This document shows, in pieces, positions 56,699-64,000 of a stretch of DNA of 64,000 nt. A program made the position numbers and the translations under genes. Position 1 is the stretch's first letter, and each line of letters starts with the position of its first letter. The DNA is from Chrysomallon squamiferum. Its lineage: Eukaryota; Animalia; Mollusca. The stretch is from assembly GCA_012295275.1 (NCBI GenBank), contig CM022672.1, positions 3,782,001-3,846,000 of the forward strand. The letters run 5' to 3'. The notes under the pieces were generated by a model. The model was not told the origin of the DNA, made no database searches, and saw only the letters and a program-made list of their open reading frames with translations.

Positions 56699-56752
<54 letters not shown>
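56575..56752. repeat. Compound (CAG)(CAA)(TAA)n trinucleotide tract
   Basis: Direct reading. Confidence 0.9.
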
Positions 56753-56754
<2 letters not shown>

Positions 56755-58207
56755 CATTCTTTTTAATTTCCCCTTTTAACATCCATTACCCAGCCGTTCT
56801 TTGAAGTTTAAATAAATTGTTTTAATTTTTGTTTTGAATATGTCGCAGTTTGTCGTTACAAATGATCGGAACTAGTGACACCTTCTCATTAACTACACTT
56901 GTAACAATGCCTGACAATAACAGACTGAAAAGGCGTTCGCTTATCTTGCCTCTTATATTATTCATTTCTGTCTGTGAAATATATAAATTACAAAACGAAC
57001 AACAATTTCAGACAGGCAGGAACTTTTTTTTTTTTTTTTTTTTTTTTTTTCTGGCCGGACTAACTTCAAGTAAACACTGAGAACAAAATTAAAAAGAAAA
57101 GAAAAGAAGAAGAAAAAAAAAAAATGGTAACACATCTGATGTGAGTAGGGCAGTTTGTAAGGATTCCGTATGAAAAATAGGTATTTTGTGCAAATGGCCG
57201 TTTTATTTTTTCATTTTTTTAATATTTTTTTTACACGTTTGATCTTTGATGCTGAAGGCTAATTATTTTCCACCTGCAAATATTTAAAAAAAACTGAAAT
57301 TAAACTTGTTATGGGAGGATTTTTTTTGTTTTTTGATTTTCTTTCACTCCTTACTGAATAAATAGGTTAGCCAAACAAAAACACGACGATTGAGATTTCA
57401 GGCGAGTTGGTTTTGTGGTTGGTGAAAAAACGAAATGAACTGTCGACATCGTATTAATGCACATTTATCATTCTTTGACACTAAATCGGCGTGTTTTCAA
57501 CACAAAAGCGCCTGGCAGGTCAAAAAGTGCCGAAATATCTTATTAAACCTTTCAAGGTCCAGAGATTTATTTCGCCGTTTCGTCAAGACAAGGGTCTGAC
57601 GACGCTCGTAAAGAACCACAAAGAACCGCAGGCGTTCAGGTAATCATATTTTCTACACAACTTACATAATATGGATATTCTGTAATTACGTGCTTTTCCA
57701 GAGATGTCTGAGATTTTTAATTACTTTGCAAATGTCTCTAGGGTAGGATAAAGCGTGTTAAGTAATTTTTAGATTAATATTGTTATTACACATTCGAAAC
57801 GAAATTAATTATACAAAATGTAAAGTTTAGTAGCAGCAGTAGTAGTGATGGTCCTGGTAGTAGTAACAGTAGCTGTAACAGTAATAGTAGTAATAGAAGT
57901 GTGAGTGGTAGTAAGGGTTGTTGTAGTTCTTGATTATCAAATATTTTGGTACGAATTACCCTATTTAATGAAATAAACTAATAAAAGTATGGTACTGTGA
58001 TTGAGTTATAAGTTTTGATTCAACATTTTAAAGTAAGGTCATGCATGTCTTACTAAATGCTTGGTTTCTGGTTAGAGTATCATTTACTGGTTTCACAGGA
58101 AAGCATTTAATTAATTAATTAACTAATTAATCTATCTGTCTGTCTGTCCGTTTGTCTGTCCGTCTGTCTCTCTATTTATTTATTTATTGGCTTAAGTAAT
58201 TGTGTTG

Positions 58208-58242
<35 letters not shown>

Positions 58243-59061
58243 TGTCTGTGTGTGTGTGTTAATTAGATCAATTTGTATTGTTACAAAATATATATATATA
58301 TATATATCTGTAGTAATTACATAAAATACATTTCAGTTTAGATTATTTAGTCAATATAATTTATTATACATACGTATATAAATACACACATACATACAAG
58401 AGAGATATACATACAGATATGCACACACACATACACACACACATCGATACATATACACATACATACGTACGTACTTACACATGTACATACACACCTATTC
58501 ACATTATATAGACCACTAAATACAAAGAATAACTTGGAGCTGTTTCAGCTGAAGTCGCGGTGGCCTGTCTGTACAAGACAGAGTTTAAACTTAAAAATAA
58601 AAGAAAACAGTCCACGAATAAAACACGTGTGTCCTCTTGACCACTGCGTCGGACAGCTTTCATCTGGACACATCCTCAGAATATCTGTGGCCGTGGGGGG
58701 TGGCTATTGTAAGAGCAGACCGCCATGTTGTGGCAGTCCTCTGGCACATCACAAAGACGTTTACTCAGGTGTACCCCCTTGAAGCTGCATTGACTGGAAC
58801 TCACGACGACGCGGACAACGTCTGAGAGGTTTTACTTTTAATTAAAATGACCCCGACGACCCCATGAGCTAAGTGACAAAATAAACATGTCATTCTGTGA
58901 GGGGGTAGTCGTCTATAATAGAGTTACGACAAAGACATCTGATCCACGATACACTGTTACGTTTTCTGTGTCGATCATTTTCGCTGGTTTCAAGACAAGA
59001 ATGCGCAGGTTTCAAGGACCAGTCCTTTTAAGCGGAATGTTTTAATTTTACTTTTTTTATT

Positions 59062-59136
<75 letters not shown>

Positions 59137-60107
59137 CGTTGGTGGTCTTGTTGTTCTTGTTGTTCTTGCTGTTTCTCGTTTCAGTCAGTACTTACAATTT
59201 ACAGTCATTTTAAAATACGTCTTTCTTGTATAACCTAGCCTATAAAATTAAATGTTCTTTTTCTTTTCTTCTTTTTTTAAAAATTTTGTTTTATGTTTAA
59301 ACTGCATCAGCCAATTCAATCTTCCTTATATCTATCTCCTATAACCCGAACCGTTTTTTCTTTTTTTTTCTTTTTTTTTGTTGTTGTTGTTGTTTTTGTT
59401 TTCCCAAATTTAAATTTGTTAAAGGAATGAAAACGTCTACCGACTGAACTTCCTGCTGAGTCTAAATTGTGCTAATTTGTAGTCATTTAATCCCCGTCGT
59501 TGCCTCTGAATGACGTCGTGTCTCCACCTGTCCATCACACGACGGACGGCAGGCCAGGAGTTCCCAATTAAAATTTCGGTTTCGTCTTCGAGTCTTTGAA
59601 AAACTAGCCTGGAATTTTTTTTTCTTGTTTTTAACTCGCTGTAATGAGTGTTCAAATTGTCTGACAAATTACATCATGTCGGCGAGCACTGCCGGGATCG
59701 CTTCCACGTGCAGAGACGTAAAGGTCAAATTAAAATAGTGCCGTGTTACAGAACTACTTTTTTTTTTTTTTTTGTCACGTATGTTTTTAGGTTTTTTTTT
59801 ATTATTATTATTATTTTTTTTTTTTTTTTTTTTGTATCGCTTTAGGAAATAGTTCAGACATAAAATATTTATCACTGTTGATGATGTTGAATTTGTTGCA
59901 GATACTGTTGTCGTTGTTGATGTCGTCGTGCTTCTCTTTCATTTTCTCAGTACTTTTACGACACTACCACCACTATTGCTGCTGCTGTTGCTACTATTAT
60001 CAACACAACAACTACTACTACTACTACTACTTTTATCATTGCCTTGGCAGCAACATGACACAAACATAAAATAACAGCAACATTTCTTACTTTTCTATTT
60101 CCATTAT

Positions 60108-60146
<39 letters not shown>

Positions 60147-60455
60147 CATATTCTCTTCCACAAAGAGTAAAAAAAAAAAAGGCCAAGGTCCTTTACAATA
60201 TTTTATTATTCACACTAGTCTACAAGCTCTTGTTACAATTTACATCTCTCATAAGTATCGAAGATCAACAACCGAATGAATTTGTGTTTGTTTTAACATT
60301 TAATCGTGCTAGTTCTTGTACAGTGATGTTATAAAATAGGATTCTCCTATAACCAGACACAGAAGCACATATTGTGTGACCTTTACTTAATAAATCTTAA
60401 GGCTTCTGATGTTGTACACTAAGGAGAATGAATATTGCTACCAAACAATCTAAAT

Positions 60456-60458
<3 letters not shown>

Positions 60459-60530
<72 letters not shown>
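60459..60530. repeat. (CT)n microsatellite
   Basis: Direct reading. Confidence 0.95.
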
Positions 60531-60535
<5 letters not shown>

Positions 60536-61884
60536 CAAAAAAGAAAAAAAAAGGTAAAAGAAAATCAAACACAAATGTTTAGATTACTATATTCTCTGCG
60601 GCAGTGCTCTTTTCATCCATTTTTGTTTCAACGTACTAATCGAAGCATCAGCGAAAAAAATCAATGTATTGCCAGGCGACATTTAATGGTGGGTAGTCGT
60701 CTTTGTTTTTATTTCGGGAAATACAAATACGTTACTGCTTGGTTAATCTTGTATTAAATAGAACCTCTTTATTTCTACAAAATACTTCACAAAGATTCCG
60801 AAGTGGCGGAAACAATTTCACGCTTCATATAAATAAATAAATACAATTGAGAATTAAAAGCGTGTTATTGAAGCAGACCTGTCTGCTGATCTCTGATACC
60901 ATCTTTTGTAATATAATTTTTAATGTTGGAAATGTTATTGTTACATTTCATATGTCAGATTTTTTAAACAGGCGAAATTTATATTTCAATAATCCGATGT
61001 ATTATTGTGGTTGTCTTTGTTACTGATTTTCTGAAGTGTGGATAAAATGTCGTTGCTGAAGACTTTTTAAATGTTTCACCTTGCAACACTAGGTAAATCA
61101 GTTTCCCGTTTGTAAATGTGGCAGTCCTCCTAATGTTTTTTAAACCATTAGAAAATTATAATTCACGAATAACGCTGAAGGTAATTAATATCCACGTGTG
61201 TGTGTACACAGAAACATACACATATATATGTGTGTGTATGTATGTATGTATGTATGTATGTATGTATGTATGTATGTATGTATGTATGTATGTATGTATG
61301 TATGTATATATGTTTGTATGTACAGAATCGATATACTTACAAATTCATTAGTTAACTGTTCATATTTTGATGAATTACATGAAAATAAGGTTCTGTTACT
61401 CTTGCTAAACTGAACATTTTCAGTGAATCGTATTAGCACCTGTAACTGTGGCTTTCCTCTTATTGATCTCTGCTTAAAATCAGAGAAAAACAAATCTCAC
61501 GTGTTTTCTACGTGTGTTGTTAACACGTAACACGATATCAAACTTTAACGTTTTCCATTTGCACTTTTGTTAGCCACGTGACCGCACATGTCGATTGCCA
61601 CGCCATTAGATGCTACTCCTGCTGTACGTATGACGCAACAAATGAGTCACGCGTATTTGTTTCTTCCTCCTTTTGTTGCGATGCTGCAGGTACTTTTAAT
61701 GCAGGTACATAAATCTAATTTGGCTTGTCGTGTTATTACCAGAAAGTGACGTTATGAAAAATGGTAGTAATTGTAGGCTTTAACCTACGGATTGATCTAC
61801 GACCCTTACCGTTTGGTAATAAATAATGCATTTGTCATGAAACAAATGGTGTAAAATAATAATATCAATAATAATAATAATAAC

Positions 61885-61925
<41 letters not shown>

Positions 61926-62611
61926 TTAATGAAAATATGCTTTTACCTCTATAAATATAAAATATCAACAAAAAAAAAAAATGAGAAGAAGAAGAAAAAA
62001 AAGAGTAATTTTTGACAGTAAAGTTTTATAATTAACCTGAAAAATATAATCAGATACGGAAAAAGGGGATTTGAAAAAGATGATTAATATTATTATAATA
62101 ACCAAACTCGTTCATTTCAGTGATTAGAAAAGTATCAAAAAACTAATCAATAAATTCTCCCTTTAGAAAGCGAGTTAAAAGTCGTTTTTCGATCGTTATT
62201 AATCAACTATAACTCCCTCTTTCCGGGATACTATGTGTCTTGTATAATCACGTCTAATTAATTACGACAGACGACAGAGAGCGTAACGGACGAACGTGTG
62301 AACAGACGACTGAAGATACATTTCTGGCTCTTAGAATCGAACTCTGTACCGGCCAATCAGACGTCAAGAGAGTGTAATGTACCGACAATGTCGTTAAAAT
62401 GACTGAGTGAGTGTAAGCTTCACAAATTAACTTATTATTATATGTCATGAATGTGGTTTGTATGAATAAATACTACAAATGCGAGGGGACAAAGCCGCTG
62501 CAATCGTATCTTAGTTCGTTCTTATTCGCTACCAGCGAGAAATCCTTTAAACGCGCTGGAGATTACAACCTCGTTTTCTGAGGGAAATTTAAACGTGCCT
62601 TGATGAAGTCG

Positions 62612-62831
62612 CCAGTTATTTCTACCAGCTCGAACGTGACTGACAGTTAATGTACTAACAAAAAATATATAACACCGTGTAAATCCTAGTTGTATCTACC
62701 AGCTCAAATGTGACTGAAAGTTAATGTACTAACAAAAGCATATGATACCGTGTATTACCAGTTGTATCTACTGGCTCGAACGTTTCTGACAATTAATGTA
62801 CTAACAAAAAAACATACAATACCGTGTATTA
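62612..62831. repeat. Minisatellite, 3 diverged copies of a ~73-bp unit
   Basis: Units start at about 62612, 62686 and 62758. Each reads CAGTT..TCTAC..GCTC.AA.GT..CTGA.A.TTAATGTACTAACAAAA...ACCGTGTA. Confidence 0.9.
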
Positions 62832-64000
62832 AACACACTATTGATGTAAAAGTTAAAGTAAAATGTGAAATATTGATTCTACACCTGACTGTATTTGAAT
62901 TATTCAAGTTGATAGCAGAAGAAGAAGAAGAAGAAAATACACGTCATTTGATGCTACAGAGTGAGATACGCCAGTCAGACAGATAAAGAAAGTGGAGAAA
63001 AAAAAAAAAAAAAACTTGTTTTCTATCTAAACATCATCTTACACCAGACCCGTCGCATCTCGTATGTCGTGATTTTAGCTTGACACAGAAGACTAAGTGA
63101 AAATATCAGCTATTAATATCGGCGGGAAAATTAGTTCTGGTCTCTTTCTGGTTAGCAAGTTAATTAGAGGAAAAGAAAAATGATATCAGTTTCGTGTTAT
63201 TGCAGATCGTTTGAATACGAAATGTTTATTTTATTACATTTCTGTCTAATACATTTATATGCATAATTAACTGCGACTCGTAAATCCTGAACCCAAGACA
63301 AACTCGCCTAGCGACATTTTTCTCTAATCGAAGTGATAAATTCAAACGAAATAATGGCGGGAAAATCAGTTTTGACGTCTGTTTCGTTATTCTGCATGAC
63401 TCATTAATTAGGTCATGCAAGAGAAGACGAAAAACTAATATATTTGCCTTGTTCGATGTCTTTCGGATAAAACATGTTTATTTTGTTTATGAACATGCAT
63501 TAAAGTACCTGCAGCATCGCAAGAAAACGAGGAAGAAACAAACAGAGTGACTCATTTGTTGCGTCATACGTAATAATTACAGTTACTTTTCTTTTTTCTT
63601 TTTTTGTAATCAACGAAAATTCCTATAGTGACGTTTCAGGATATACTCAGATAAATAATAATTATGTAATATATATGTAATTTGTACTGATACCTTTGTT
63701 TGAAATAAATCCTGCTGAAAAAAACACTCCATGGGACATTCCTGCTATTACCATCATAAATAATAAATGTAAATGGTTCTTGCCAAGAGGAGTAGCCTAT
63801 TCACCGTTACTTACAAAGAGGTTTGCTGATAACAGTATTCAGTGTTGAGCAAATGAAAAATGCAAGTCAAATGTTAAATTTATTTAAAGCAATTACATGA
63901 ACCTGACCGTTATTATTCATTCAAATCTTTCAAATTTATCAGTTAACGTTGAATACAAATGAAGTCGGTCCTCGTATTCGAGTCACCTTTTTTAAAAAAA

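Noticed and set aside
56545-56766. Poly-Gln ORF
   Set aside because: A compound CAG/CAA/TAA microsatellite with no flanking coding signal.
62612-62831. Repeat array considered as CRISPR-like
   Set aside because: The whole units are homologous (no unique spacers), the context is eukaryotic and there are no cas genes.

Overview
Eukaryotic (animal, probably mollusc-like; taxon inferred, not shown) AT-rich genomic DNA full of simple repeats ((TAA)n, (GA/CT)n, (CA/GT)n, (TATG)n, (AAAT)n, long A/T runs). The only protein-coding signal I can support is the 5' part of a spliced minus-strand gene in the first ~5 kb. It has six coding exons with GT-AG boundaries and runs off the left edge. Its peptides resemble the N-terminal region of DNA polymerase nu (POLN). 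The assembled reading frame breaks twice, each time repairable by one extra T in a TTTT run; the second break could instead be repaired by a 7-nt microexon. The gene body is CpG-depleted. The remaining ~59 kb is a gene desert in which 0.3-0.8 kb CpG-containing islands alternate with microsatellite spacers. It contains several transposon relics (a Tigger4/Zombi-like pogo MITE, two Harbinger-like MITEs, SINE and LINE fragments), a 3 x ~73 bp minisatellite, a recurrent CGCCATTA motif and a few structured GC-rich patches. Nearly all ORFs in the supplied track are microsatellite artefacts. I found no tRNA, rRNA, CRISPR array or prokaryotic-type system.
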